Source: a virus
Taxonomy: Duplodnaviria > Caudoviricetes
IMG/VR virus record: IMGVR_UViG_3300043908_002087
Span: 1-29,376 of that record
Length of the DNA stretch: 29,376 nucleotides
Reading direction: 5' to 3' (one strand)
Shown: one piece after another, positions 1 to 10,079 of the stretch
Numbering within the stretch: the stretch's first letter is position 1
How the letters are laid out: each line of letters opens with the position of its first letter
Notes under the pieces: model-generated
What the model was told of the DNA's origin: nothing
The model's input: only the letters and a program-made list of their open reading frames with translations
Databases searched by the model: none
Position numbers and translations under genes: made by a program

Positions 1-190
1 AGATAAAAAAACAGGAAGATTTATTACAAGAAAATCATTAAGCTTCATAATTGCAAGAAGTATTTACAGCAAAGGAATAAGAGCTACACTATTTTTTACA
101 AAACCCTTTGAAGATGGTTTAAATAAATACAGTGATGAATTTATAGAAGGTTTTTTAAATGACAATTTAAATATTGAAGAATGAGTACAT
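1..190. repeat. Terminal direct repeat / circular assembly overlap, copy 1
   Basis: 1-190 matches 29187-29376 except A79/C29265 and C106/T29292; it falls in the middle of a gene and joins the last ORF to ORF 181. Confidence 0.97.
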
Positions 191-1254
191 TAACACTAAC
201 AAGGTCACCAAGATATATAAGAACAACAGCACTTGCAAATGCAATAAAGTTTGAGCTGAAACTGTACATCTTTACTGGCACAACATCTGATAAACCAGCA
301 ACTCCAACCTATACACTTGAAAAAGATACTATCAACAGTGAAACACAAGTAACATTTGAGATTAACCAATTGATTAGAGATTATTATGACCACATTGCAC
401 CAACAACAGGCAACAGCACAGGTTATGCACTTTGGGCAATTGCAGATGTAACAGGATTTACAAGTAGTTCAGTAGGTTCAACAGTAAGCACTACATTCTT
501 AGCTTTTGATGGTTATAATTATTTTCAAGAAGCAGCTTCCAATGGTGGTTCAATAAATGCTACTTACACACTTCCAACATTATTAACTTCAAGCAAAATA
601 CAAGTTCTTGAAAGTGAAGCAGCACAAATTCCAGTAAATGCTGAGATTGCTGAAACTGTAAACTACAAATTAAATGGTGCAACAGTAAGCACACATTCAA
701 TTACTGATAGTGGCAATACAAACCAAAAGATTCAATACATAACTACAACTGCTGCAAATGTAGATGCTGTTGAGGTGGTTTACAATAGTGGGGCAAGTAC
801 ACAATCATTTACTATTGAAGAAGTATTGGAATGCAAACATACAGTCAGCAAAATTGTTTTTATCAATAAATATGGAGCTTTACAAAATTTGTATTTCTTT
901 AAAAAATCAGTTGAAAGTTTACAAGTAAACAAGGATAATTTCAATAGGAATATATTAGATGAAACACTTCCATACATTGCTGGATTCCAATTCAAAGAAC
1001 ATCAAGCAAAGAAGTTTAATATTATTGCAAATGAATCACTAGTATTGAACTCTGGTTTTGTTCCTGAAGCAATGAATGATACTTTTAAAGAGCTATTATT
1101 AAGTCAATATGTTTGGATAGTAAGAAATGGAGATACATTGCCAGTAAACATAGAAGAATCAGCACTTACATTTAAAACAGGATTGAATGATAAGTTGATT
1201 AATTACACTATAAACTTGAAGTTTGCTTTTGATACAATAAACAATATTCATTAA
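181..1254 (+). CDS. Putative tail/distal-tail structural protein (357 aa)
   Basis: Thr/Ser-rich, beta-rich; C-terminal FINKYGA...FFKKS...LNSGFV...ELLLS pattern typical of Bacteroidota phage tail proteins; lies in tail operon. Confidence 0.6.
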   Translation: MSTLTLTRSPRYIRTTALANAIKFELKLYIFTGTTSDKPATPTYTLEKDTINSETQVTFEINQLIRDYYDHIAPTTGNSTGYALWAIADVTGFTSSSVGSTVSTTFLAFDGYNYFQEAASNGGSINATYTLPTLLTSSKIQVLESEAAQIPVNAEIAETVNYKLNGATVSTHSITDSGNTNQKIQYITTTAANVDAVEVVYNSGASTQSFTIEEVLECKHTVSKIVFINKYGALQNLYFFKKSVESLQVNKDNFNRNILDETLPYIAGFQFKEHQAKKFNIIANESLVLNSGFVPEAMNDTFKELLLSQYVWIVRNGDTLPVNIEESALTFKTGLNDKLINYTINLKFAFDTINNIH

Positions 1255-3473
1255 TGCAAGAATTAATACTTTACATAAAACCACAGCAAAGGGATAAAAC
1301 AGATCAAAACTTTGTAAAGGTAGATTTGTTTTCTGATGAGAATGTAAGCTTAACACAGGTTATCCAAGATGTTAGGGATATTGATAAAGTGTTTACTGAT
1401 TTTAGCAGAACGTTCAACATTCCAGCAAGTGAAAAGAACAACAAGCTGTTCAAACATTGGTACAACCCTGATGTAAAAGGTTTTGATGCTAACATACAAA
1501 GTGATGCAAAGATTGAATTAAACTACCAACCATTTAGAGAGGGCAAAATAAGATTGCAAGAGGTCAAGATGAAAGATAACAGACCACATACTTACAAGGT
1601 TACTTTCTTTGGTAAAACAGTTAGTTTAAATAATTTATTTGGTGAGGATAAGCTCAACAATTTAGTTTGGATGGATAACTTCAAACTGCCATCACTTACT
1701 GCAAATGTTCTTACAGGATTGCAAACAGGGCATAATATTACAGTTGATAGTGTTACTTACAATAGTGCAATTATTTACCCTTTAATTACACATACTCAAA
1801 GATACATTTATGACGATTCAGCAAATTTTACAGATGTTGGTAATTTATCTGATGATAGTACAAATGATAAAACAAGGGGAGTATTTCCTGAGGATTTAAA
1901 ACCAGCAATAAAAGCTAGTTTAGTTATAAAGGCAATTGAAGAGCAATATGGAATTACTTTCAAAACAGGTGAATTTTTTGATAGCACTGAATTTAGCAAT
2001 TTGTATTTATGGTTGCATAGAGATAAAGGAAAAATAGAAACTAAAAATTCTCTTGTTATTGATAGCACAGCTTTTACTTGTGGTGGTAATCCAGTAAGTG
2101 GTTCAGATGAACCAAGTAATATTGTTTCATCTTCTAATTTGTGTGCTTTATATACTGCTGCACCTACACAATTTACAAATGGCGTTTATAAAGTTACTAA
2201 AACAACAAATTTTGCAACAGATAATTACAACTTTTTATATCAAGTGAGTATTGCACCAGCTTCAGGTTTTACAAGTGTAATTTATGATATAATTATTTTT
2301 GATTCTTTGACAGGTGATACTCTTGCTTTTGAAACAAACACAGATACAGGTTCAAAACAAATATTATTAGATACATCTTCAAACCCTATGGCAATAGGTG
2401 AAAGTAAACACATAACAACAAGAATTGAAACTACTGCTGCATCTTTTGAATTTCAAGCAACTATAACAGTAGGTCAAACAGTAACAGAAACAGTTGGCTC
2501 TCCTTTGAGTGATTTATGTTTTTTTGTTTCTAATTCAGCTAACGTTCCAGTTACAATTGATGATATCAGACCAACTGAACAAGTACCTGACATCAAGGTA
2601 TTAGATTTTTTAAAAGGTATTTTTAAGGTATTTAATTTAACAGCTTTTTTAGATAGTAGTGATAGAGTTGTAGTAAAAACATTAGATAATTTTTATGGTG
2701 ATTCAACAACAACACACGACATAAGTAAGTTTATTGTAAAGGATGAACATACAGTAAGTGAAGCACTTCCATTTAGTAATATAAAGTTTGAATATCCAGA
2801 ACCTAAAACAAAACTTGCACAAGCATTTTTGAATTTAAACAACACAGAATATGGAAGCTTAAATTTTATTGCTGATGCTAGTCAAAAAAGAAAGTATGAA
2901 GTATTACCACCTTTTGAACATATGCTTTTTGAAAGGTTAGCTGATGGAACTACAAAAGTAAATACAGATGTACAGTATGGTTTGGCAGTTGATGAAGATG
3001 ATAATTCAGTAAAAACAGCACCTTTACTTTTTTATGGTATTTACAACACAAGCATTAGCACACCAATAAATTATGTAGATAGCACAAGACCAGTAACTTC
3101 ATCTTCAGGAATAACAAATACAACTATAAACAATTACTGGATGCCACACAATGCAAATGAGTTAGGAACAACCTCAACAGCACCAGCATTTAATTTAAAT
3201 TTTGGTAGTGAGATCAACAGCTATACATTAACAGATTATGGTGGAAGCAACAACAGTTTATTCCAAAAGTTTTATCAAAGTTATATTCAAAGGGTATTCA
3301 ACACAAAAACAAGAATCTTTAAATACAAAGCTGTACTTCCTTTGAAGTTTTTACTTACTTACAGTCTAGCAGATAAAATATTTGTAACAGGAAGAGCATT
3401 TACAATTAACAAAATAACTACTGATTTGCAAACAGGAAGAAGCACATTAGAATTATTAAATGAACCAAGCTAA
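1254..3473 (+). CDS. Putative tail tip/baseplate hub protein (739 aa)
   Basis: N-terminal VDLF.DE...LT...D..DI..VFTDFS..F.IPAS..NN..F motif; YPLI motif; FL..I.K.FNL motif; translationally coupled to ORF 181. Confidence 0.65.
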   Translation: MQELILYIKPQQRDKTDQNFVKVDLFSDENVSLTQVIQDVRDIDKVFTDFSRTFNIPASEKNNKLFKHWYNPDVKGFDANIQSDAKIELNYQPFREGKIRLQEVKMKDNRPHTYKVTFFGKTVSLNNLFGEDKLNNLVWMDNFKLPSLTANVLTGLQTGHNITVDSVTYNSAIIYPLITHTQRYIYDDSANFTDVGNLSDDSTNDKTRGVFPEDLKPAIKASLVIKAIEEQYGITFKTGEFFDSTEFSNLYLWLHRDKGKIETKNSLVIDSTAFTCGGNPVSGSDEPSNIVSSSNLCALYTAAPTQFTNGVYKVTKTTNFATDNYNFLYQVSIAPASGFTSVIYDIIIFDSLTGDTLAFETNTDTGSKQILLDTSSNPMAIGESKHITTRIETTAASFEFQATITVGQTVTETVGSPLSDLCFFVSNSANVPVTIDDIRPTEQVPDIKVLDFLKGIFKVFNLTAFLDSSDRVVVKTLDNFYGDSTTTHDISKFIVKDEHTVSEALPFSNIKFEYPEPKTKLAQAFLNLNNTEYGSLNFIADASQKRKYEVLPPFEHMLFERLADGTTKVNTDVQYGLAVDEDDNSVKTAPLLFYGIYNTSISTPINYVDSTRPVTSSSGITNTTINNYWMPHNANELGTTSTAPAFNLNFGSEINSYTLTDYGGSNNSLFQKFYQSYIQRVFNTKTRIFKYKAVLPLKFLLTYSLADKIFVTGRAFTINKITTDLQTGRSTLELLNEPS

Positions 3474-3626
3474 ATGAAAACAATACTTGATGGATTAGAG
3501 TTTATTAAAGAGATCAAAGCTTATGATAAAAACATCATTATTGCTTTGGGTGTTAACAAGGTAGCATTAACAATAAAAGAAGGATTTTATATTAAAAAAC
3601 TAGAAGATGAAGCAAGTAAATTATAG
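3474..3626 (+). CDS. Small hypothetical protein (50 aa, MKTILDGLEFIKEIKAYDKNIIIALGVNKV...), not in the ORF track
   Basis: ATG directly follows the upstream TAA; fills the gap and overlaps the tape measure start. Confidence 0.7.
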   Translation: MKTILDGLEFIKEIKAYDKNIIIALGVNKVALTIKEGFYIKKLEDEASKL

Positions 3627-6021
3627 AATAAATGTAACAACAGCTAGTTCTGATAAAAACATAAAAAAAACAGAAAAGAACGTTAAGGGTTTAGGCAAAG
3701 GTGTTAAAAGTGTAAATAAATCAACTACAAACTTAAATGATTCTTTAGCTGTTATGCCTGGCAGTATAGGAAGGGTTGTTCAATCATTTAAAGCATTAAA
3801 GGTTGCATTATTATCTAGTGGAATAGGTGCTATTATTGTGGCTGTTGGAGCATTAACTGGATTGTTTGCTGCTGCAACTAAAAAAGGTGCTGATTTTGCA
3901 AAACAAATGTCAACACTTAAAGCAGTTTCAGGTGCAAGTGCTGAACAGATGAATGCATTGTCTGAATCTGCAAAAGAGTTAGGTTCTTCAACTCAGTTTA
4001 CTGCTATACAAGTAGGAGAGCTTCAAACAGAGTTTGCTAAAATGGGTTTCAGCACACAACAAATACTTGATTCAACAAAAGCAACTCTAGATTTAGCAGC
4101 TTCAATGGAAGTTGATTTGGCAAGTGCTGCAATGTTGGCTGGTTCAACTGTTAATGCTTTTGGTTTAGAAGCTGAAGATACACAAAGGGTTGTTGATGTA
4201 TTAGCAAAAAGCACAAGTAGTAGTGCGTTGGATTTTGGAAGTTTAACTGAAAGTTTAAAAATGGCTGCACCAATTGCTAAAAGCACTGGTGTAAGTATTG
4301 AAGAAACTGCTGCAATGCTTGGTGTTTTAGCAAACACAGGAATTAAAGGCTCACTGGCTGGAACAGGACTAAGTAAAACATTTATTGAATTAAATAAAAA
4401 AGGCATTGATCTAAAAGATGCTTTAGATACAGTAAACAAAAGTAGCAATGGATTAAATACTGCAATAGATTTAGTTGGTCAGGTTGGTGCAAAGTCTTTA
4501 TTGAATTTAGCATCCAAGTCAGAGGATATTGATAAACTTACTGTAAGCTTACAAGAATCAGAAGGAGCAGCAGCAGCAATGGCAGAGGTTAGGCTTGATA
4601 ATTTAGCTGGTGATACTACAAAATTAAGTTCAGCATTTGAGGGTTTTCTTTTATCTATTGAAGATGGAGGTGGATTGTTTTCTAAAATAGCAAGATTATT
4701 TGTTCAATTTGCAACAAGCTTTTTAACAGGCATTACAAAAATGTCAAACTTTTTTGGTGCTTTTATTTCAGAGTTTAATGAATCGTTTGCTGTATTTCAT
4801 AATTTAAAACTTTCAGCAAGTATTGCAATAGATAGCATAGTATTAGGATTTTTAAACTTAAAAGGTGTTGTAGCTGAAATTCCTTTTATTGGAAAAGCAA
4901 TTGATAAAAAAGCATTAGAAGAAAGTAAAGAAGCAACCATTCAAAGCATAAAAGAAAGTAGTGAGGGTATTGCTTACTGGAATGGTATTGCAGAAAAAAG
5001 AAGGGAATCTGGATTAGGTTTTTTTGAAAGAGTAAATGAAAGAACTAAAAAAATGGCAATTGCTGCTGAACAAAAAATTACAGAAGCAAAAGAAGTTGAA
5101 ACAGAAAAAAGAGAAATTATTTCTGAAGATGAAGCAGAAAAAGAAAGAAAAAGATTACAAAAATTAGCAGAAGAAAGAATAAAAGCAGAAAGAAAAAGAA
5201 TCCAAAACATTGCAAAGCTTGAGGGTGAACTGTTTGCTGAGATTGAAAAATTAGATGAAGAAGCTAGAAGAAGAAAACAAACAGCACAGCAAAATGAGAT
5301 TGATGACCTGAATGAAAAATATTTTAAATTACTAAATGATACAAGACTTGGTGAGGAAGAAAAATTAAGACTTCAAGAATATTTTAGAGAACAAGAACAA
5401 GCAATTAATGATAAATATGATAAAATTGCTGAAGATAGCCAAAAGAAAATTGCAGAACAAGAAAAGAAAACAAATGAGGAAAGAATTAAAGGAGAACAAA
5501 CTGTTTTAGAAAAAAAGTTACAAATGACTTCTGATGCTCTTGGTGCAATCAGTCAGCTTGTTACTGCCTTTGCTGGAGCAGATGAAGCAGAACAAAAAAA
5601 GGCATTTAAAATAAATAAAGCTTTAAGCATTGCACAAGCATTAGTTAATACTGCTTTATCAGTAACTGCTGCATTAACTGCTGGTGGTAATCCAATTAAA
5701 TTAGCTACAGGCGCACAGTTTGTAGAAGCTGGAATAGCTGCTGCTTTAGGTGCAGCACAGGTTGCAGCAATAGCAAAAACTAGGTTTGAATCTTCAGGAG
5801 GTGGAGGTTCTTCAGCACCAAGTTCAAGTTTAGGAGGTGCTGCTGGTGGATTAGGTTCACAAGCTCCAGCATTCAATGTGGTTGGGCAATCAGGATTTAA
5901 TCAAGTAGCACAAGCATTAGGACAGCAGAACAGCACACCAATAAAAGCATTTGTGGTTAGTGGTGATGTAACATCTGCACAAGCATTAGAAAACAACATA
6001 ATAGATACAGCAACATTTTAA
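3607..6021 (+). CDS. Tail tape measure protein (TP901-type core, 804 aa)
   Basis: AKELGSSTQFTA, VDVLAK, GVSIEETAAMLGVLANTGIKGSLAGT and DNLAGD motifs; long Ala-rich and coiled-coil helical regions. Confidence 0.95.
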   Translation: MKQVNYRINVTTASSDKNIKKTEKNVKGLGKGVKSVNKSTTNLNDSLAVMPGSIGRVVQSFKALKVALLSSGIGAIIVAVGALTGLFAAATKKGADFAKQMSTLKAVSGASAEQMNALSESAKELGSSTQFTAIQVGELQTEFAKMGFSTQQILDSTKATLDLAASMEVDLASAAMLAGSTVNAFGLEAEDTQRVVDVLAKSTSSSALDFGSLTESLKMAAPIAKSTGVSIEETAAMLGVLANTGIKGSLAGTGLSKTFIELNKKGIDLKDALDTVNKSSNGLNTAIDLVGQVGAKSLLNLASKSEDIDKLTVSLQESEGAAAAMAEVRLDNLAGDTTKLSSAFEGFLLSIEDGGGLFSKIARLFVQFATSFLTGITKMSNFFGAFISEFNESFAVFHNLKLSASIAIDSIVLGFLNLKGVVAEIPFIGKAIDKKALEESKEATIQSIKESSEGIAYWNGIAEKRRESGLGFFERVNERTKKMAIAAEQKITEAKEVETEKREIISEDEAEKERKRLQKLAEERIKAERKRIQNIAKLEGELFAEIEKLDEEARRRKQTAQQNEIDDLNEKYFKLLNDTRLGEEEKLRLQEYFREQEQAINDKYDKIAEDSQKKIAEQEKKTNEERIKGEQTVLEKKLQMTSDALGAISQLVTAFAGADEAEQKKAFKINKALSIAQALVNTALSVTAALTAGGNPIKLATGAQFVEAGIAAALGAAQVAAIAKTRFESSGGGGSSAPSSSLGGAAGGLGSQAPAFNVVGQSGFNQVAQALGQQNSTPIKAFVVSGDVTSAQALENNIIDTATF

Positions 6022-6032
6022 ATAAAAAAGCA

Positions 6033-7604
6033 ATGGAAAGAAAAATGGAAATAATTGAACTTCTTCTGGATGAAGAAGATGAAATCACTGGAATTGAAGC
6101 AGTAAGCATCGTGGAAGCGCCAGCAATTGAAAGTGATTTTGTAGCACTTAAAAGCCAAGAAATACAACTTGCAAAAGTAGATGATGAAAAGAAAATATTA
6201 ATGGGAGCAGCCCTTATTCCAAACCGTCCGATATATCGCAAGCAAGGTGAAAAAGAGTATTATGTATATTTTTCTGCTGATACTGTAAGAAAAGCAAGTG
6301 AGTTGTTTTTTCAAAATGGCAATCAGAATAATGCAACCCTAGAACACAAAATGCAAGTAAACAATTTAACAGTTGTAGAATCTTGGATTGTAGAAAACAA
6401 AGAAAAAGATAAAAGCTCCTTGTATGGTTTAGATGTTCCAGAGGGTACTTGGATGATTTCAATGAAGGTAAATAATAATGAGATTTGGAATGATTTTGTA
6501 AAGACTGGCAAAGTAAAAGGCTTTAGCATTGAAGGCTATTTTGCTGACAAAGCAAAGCTAAGTGCAATTGATGCTGAAGAGCAAGAAGCATTAAAAAAGA
6601 TTGAAGAAATTAAAAACTTATTTACCAAAAAAACAGAATTACAAAGCTTTACAGATTATCCTCAAGCAGTTAGCAACAATGCAAAAAGAGGTAGAGAATT
6701 AAATGAAAAGGTAGGCAATAAATGTGCAACTGATGTGGGAAAGATGCGTAGTGCTGACTTGGCTGCTGGTCGTGCTGTAAGTGTAGATACTATAAAAAGA
6801 ATGTATAGTTTTCTTTCAAGGGCTGGAGAGTATTATGATGAAGGCAACACAGAAGCTTGTGGAACTATCAGTTATTTATTGTGGGGTGGTAAGGCAGCGT
6901 TGAGATGGAGCAAAAGCAAATTAAAAGAACTAGGTGAAATTGAACTTGCTTCAATGGTTATTGATGATCAGTTTGCAATCATTGATGATAGGTTGGCATA
7001 CTCAACACAAGAGAAAGCTGAAGAAATGGCAAGGAATATAGGTTGTAAAGGATTCCACACACACGAGTTTGAAGGAAAGACTTGGTATATGCCTTGTGAG
7101 TATCACGTTAAAGATGATATGTACAAACACAAATGCCCAAAGGGTTACAAAAAAAACAAGGAAGGCAAATGTGTAAAAATGGCTGAAATAGGAGAAAGAG
7201 GTGGAATTAGAAAAAGTCCTAAAGCTCCAAAGTCAGGGACTCCAAACCCAAATCCAAAAGGCAAAGGCACAGCAAAGGGTGATGCATCTACAAGCAGAGG
7301 TGCAAAGGTTAGCAAGAAGGATGAAGCAGCACTACAAAAGAAATCTGATGATTTTAATGAAAGGTATAAAAAGAAACTTGGCTATGGTGTTACTATTGGG
7401 CAATTGAAAGCAGTATTTCAAAGAGGTTTAGGAGCATTCAACACTAGTCACAGTCCTAGAATTAAATCACCAACAGCTTGGGCACAGGCAAGAGTGAATG
7501 CATACTTGTATTTAGTAAGAAATGGCAGACCACAAAACCCAAAATACACTGGAGACTTTGATCTGTTACCAGCCAAGCATCCAAAATCACCTAAAAACAA
7601 ATAG
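6033..7604 (+). CDS. XkdF-like putative prohead serine protease with several appended C-terminal domains (523 aa)
   Basis: LMGAALIPN, EH, ESW, GTW and KGFSIEG motifs in the first ~170 aa; upstream of scaffold and capsid genes. Confidence 0.8.
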   Translation: MERKMEIIELLLDEEDEITGIEAVSIVEAPAIESDFVALKSQEIQLAKVDDEKKILMGAALIPNRPIYRKQGEKEYYVYFSADTVRKASELFFQNGNQNNATLEHKMQVNNLTVVESWIVENKEKDKSSLYGLDVPEGTWMISMKVNNNEIWNDFVKTGKVKGFSIEGYFADKAKLSAIDAEEQEALKKIEEIKNLFTKKTELQSFTDYPQAVSNNAKRGRELNEKVGNKCATDVGKMRSADLAAGRAVSVDTIKRMYSFLSRAGEYYDEGNTEACGTISYLLWGGKAALRWSKSKLKELGEIELASMVIDDQFAIIDDRLAYSTQEKAEEMARNIGCKGFHTHEFEGKTWYMPCEYHVKDDMYKHKCPKGYKKNKEGKCVKMAEIGERGGIRKSPKAPKSGTPNPNPKGKGTAKGDASTSRGAKVSKKDEAALQKKSDDFNERYKKKLGYGVTIGQLKAVFQRGLGAFNTSHSPRIKSPTAWAQARVNAYLYLVRNGRPQNPKYTGDFDLLPAKHPKSPKNK

Positions 7605-7605
7605 A

Positions 7606-7764
7606 ATGAAAACTAAAAGAAGAAAAAAAGAAACACATATTCCAAGTAGAACATCTCCAAAAGGTGGAAGAAGGGGTTGTTTATGTAAAGATGGTAAAAG
7701 ATACAGTATTTCTTGCTGTGATGGTAGCATTGGAGCACAGGGAATAGGCAAAACACAGGCATAA
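7606..7764 (+). CDS. Small basic Cys-rich protein (52 aa, SPKGGRRGCLCKDG...CCDGS)
   Basis: In-frame ATG at 7606 just after the protease stop is a more plausible start than 7522. Confidence 0.7.
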   Translation: MKTKRRKKETHIPSRTSPKGGRRGCLCKDGKRYSISCCDGSIGAQGIGKTQA

Positions 7765-7777
7765 TAACAGTGTTGGG

Positions 7778-7813
7778 TATAACACTTTGCACTTTTTTTT
7801 ACATTAATAGTAT
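7778..7813 (+). promoter_or_regulatory. Putative phage late promoter, copy 1 (TATAACACTTT-N9-TTTACATTAATAGTAT)
   Basis: Identical bipartite motif with identical spacing at 27386-27421; both precede structural operons. Confidence 0.75.
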
Positions 7814-7831
7814 ACAATTACAATTAAAAGT

Positions 7832-8455
7832 ATGAAAGCGACAGAAATTCTAAACAAAATAAAAGGCATAGTTGGTGTAGAACTTGCTGAAGAAACAGTA
7901 AATCTTGCTGAAATGAAACTTGAAAACGGTACTGTATTGGTGGCTGAAGAATTTAAAGCTGGTGAAGCAATCTTCATAAAATCAGAAGAAGAACAAATTG
8001 CACTTCCAGTTGGTGAATACAAACTAGAGAACGATATGGTTCTTGTAGTTAAAGAAGAAGGGTTAATCTCAGAAATTAAAGAGGTTGAAGCAGAGAAAGA
8101 GGAAGAAGAAAAAGAAGAAGTTGAAGCTGCTGACCACAAAGATGAAGAGAAAGAGGAAATGAGATATGTTACCAAAGAAGAATTTAACAAAGCAGTTGAT
8201 GAGATCAAAGCAATGATTGATGAAATGGGCAAACATAAAGATGAAATGTCTGAAGAAACTGCAACTGAAGAAGTTAAAGAAGAAGTAAAAGAAGAACTTC
8301 AAGAAACTGAATTATCTGCAACCAAAGAGGAAGCAGTTGAACCAATAAAGCACAATCCTGAAACTGAGCAAAACAAAAAAGGGAAGTTTTTATTTGGGCA
8401 AAAACGTACTGAAACTACAATGGATAGAGTTTTTAGTAAAATAGCTAGTAATTAA
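7832..8455 (+). CDS. Capsid scaffolding protein (207 aa)
   Basis: Very acidic, helical; immediately upstream of the major capsid gene. Confidence 0.75.
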   Translation: MKATEILNKIKGIVGVELAEETVNLAEMKLENGTVLVAEEFKAGEAIFIKSEEEQIALPVGEYKLENDMVLVVKEEGLISEIKEVEAEKEEEEKEEVEAADHKDEEKEEMRYVTKEEFNKAVDEIKAMIDEMGKHKDEMSEETATEEVKEEVKEELQETELSATKEEAVEPIKHNPETEQNKKGKFLFGQKRTETTMDRVFSKIASN

Positions 8456-8470
8456 TTAAAAAAAAGAAAA

Positions 8471-9403
8471 ATGGCGACAACAACTTCAATCACTTCAACT
8501 TACGCTGGTGAATTTGCTGGAAAGTACATTTCTGCAGCTCTATTGAGTGGTTCAACAATTGAAAACGGTTTAATTACCGTAAAACCTAATGTTAAGTTCA
8601 AAGAGGTTTTAAAGAAAGTAGCAACTGATGCAAACGTTATCAAAGATGCAACTTGTGATTTCACACCAACTGGAACTTTAACATTAACAGAAAGAATTTT
8701 ACAACCTGAAGAATTTCAGATTAACTTGAATCTTTGTAAAAAAGATTTTAGAAGTGATTGGGAAGCGGTTCAAATGGGTTATTCAGCCTATGATAACTTG
8801 CCACCTGCATTTTCTGATTTCATCCTAGCACACGTTGCTGGATTGGTTGCTGAGAAAACAGAGCAGAACATCTGGTCGGGGCAAAATTCCAATGCTGGAG
8901 AATTCGACGGGTTCTACTATTTAGCTACTGCTGGTGGTGCTGGAACTGTTGCAGTATCTGGTTCACCCTTAAATGCTTCGAATATTATAGATGAAATGGG
9001 TAAGGTGGTTACAGCAATACCTAGCGGCGTTTATGGAAAAGAAGATTTGTATATCTACGTTTCAAGAAAAGCAGCTAAATTATACGTTAGAGCTTTAGGT
9101 GGATTTGGAGCTAATGGCTTGGGAGCTGCTGGTGTTAACGCACAAGGAACACAATGGTGGAACAATGGAGCATTATCTTATGATGGTGTTAAAGTTGTTA
9201 TTGCTTCTGGATTGCCAGATGATTCAATGATGGCTGCACAGAAAAGCAACCTATACTTTGGTACAGGATTACTTTCAGATCATAATGAAGTTAAGTTACT
9301 GGATATGAGTGATTTGGACGGCAGTCAGAACTGTCGCGTAGTTATGAGATTCACAGCTGGTGTTCAGATTGGAATTGCTGAGGATGTAGTTATATACGCA
9401 TAA
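8471..9403 (+). CDS. Major capsid protein (310 aa)
   Basis: Follows protease and scaffold; YAGEFAGKYISAALLS, CDF, LCK.DF..DWEA motifs typical of Bacteroidota phage capsids; followed by a terminator. Confidence 0.9.
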   Translation: MATTTSITSTYAGEFAGKYISAALLSGSTIENGLITVKPNVKFKEVLKKVATDANVIKDATCDFTPTGTLTLTERILQPEEFQINLNLCKKDFRSDWEAVQMGYSAYDNLPPAFSDFILAHVAGLVAEKTEQNIWSGQNSNAGEFDGFYYLATAGGAGTVAVSGSPLNASNIIDEMGKVVTAIPSGVYGKEDLYIYVSRKAAKLYVRALGGFGANGLGAAGVNAQGTQWWNNGALSYDGVKVVIASGLPDDSMMAAQKSNLYFGTGLLSDHNEVKLLDMSDLDGSQNCRVVMRFTAGVQIGIAEDVVIYA

Positions 9404-9410
9404 TTAACTT

Positions 9411-9437
9411 GGGGAGTGTAAAAGCTCCCCTATTTTT
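9411..9437 (+). terminator. Intrinsic terminator after the capsid gene
   Basis: GGGGAGT-GTAAAA-GCTCCCC stem-loop followed by TATTTTT. Confidence 0.8.
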
Positions 9438-9457
9438 AACATTAAAAAAGAAAAAAA

Positions 9458-10003
9458 ATGGCTTGTGATTTATCAGTAGGACGTAAGGTACCGTGTAAGG
9501 ACGTTATTGGAGGCATAACTAAGGTTTACCTAATTAACTTCGGTTCACTTGGTACTGTAACTCAAACAGATGATGCAATCAGTGATATGACTGGAACTGC
9601 ATCAGCATTTTTATATGATGTAAAAGGTAACAGCAATTTAGAACAGACAATAACAAGTTCTAGAGAAAATGGAACAACCTTTTTTGAACAAACAATTACT
9701 TTGTCTTTGCCAAAATTAAGCAAAGAAGACAACAAAGAATTAAAACTACTTTCATTTGGAAGACCGCATATTGTTATACAGGATTACAACGGAAATTCAA
9801 TGATGTGTGGTGTAGAATTTGGCTGTGAGGTGACTGGGGGTACAATCTCCACTGGAACTGCTATGGGGGATATGTCGGGTTACTCTCTTACGCTAGTTGG
9901 CACTGAAAAGAAACCGTCCAACTTTATTTTAAATGGTACTGTTGATGATCCATTTGCTGGAATGTCTGGAACATTTACCATTGTACAAGGTACTAATTCA
10001 TAG
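9458..10003 (+). CDS. Major tail tube protein (181 aa)
   Basis: MACDL..GR...CKD.IGG, SRENGTTFFEQ and TGTAMGD.SGY.LT motifs; size, and flanking terminators consistent with a highly expressed structural gene. Confidence 0.75.
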   Translation: MACDLSVGRKVPCKDVIGGITKVYLINFGSLGTVTQTDDAISDMTGTASAFLYDVKGNSNLEQTITSSRENGTTFFEQTITLSLPKLSKEDNKELKLLSFGRPHIVIQDYNGNSMMCGVEFGCEVTGGTISTGTAMGDMSGYSLTLVGTEKKPSNFILNGTVDDPFAGMSGTFTIVQGTNS

Positions 10004-10035
10004 GTAGTATAGTTAATAATTAGTGTTTGTTAAGG

Positions 10036-10069
10036 AAGGGTAGGTTGGAAGATAATCTACCCTTTTTTT
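10036..10069 (+). terminator. Intrinsic terminator after the tail tube gene
   Basis: AAGGGTAGGTT / AATCTACCCTT stem, 7-nt loop, T tract. Confidence 0.85.
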
Positions 10070-10079
10070 ATTAAAAAAA

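Noticed and set aside
1-190. Biological fixed direct terminal repeat (T7-like)
   Set aside because: Falls mid-gene, contains mismatches, and TerL is of a type usually associated with headful packaging; assembly overlap is more likely.
5090-5200. GAAAAA/AGAA-rich repeats in the tape measure gene as another origin-like tract
   Set aside because: Explained by Glu/Lys/Arg coiled-coil codons; no adjacent AAGCAATGCT iterons.
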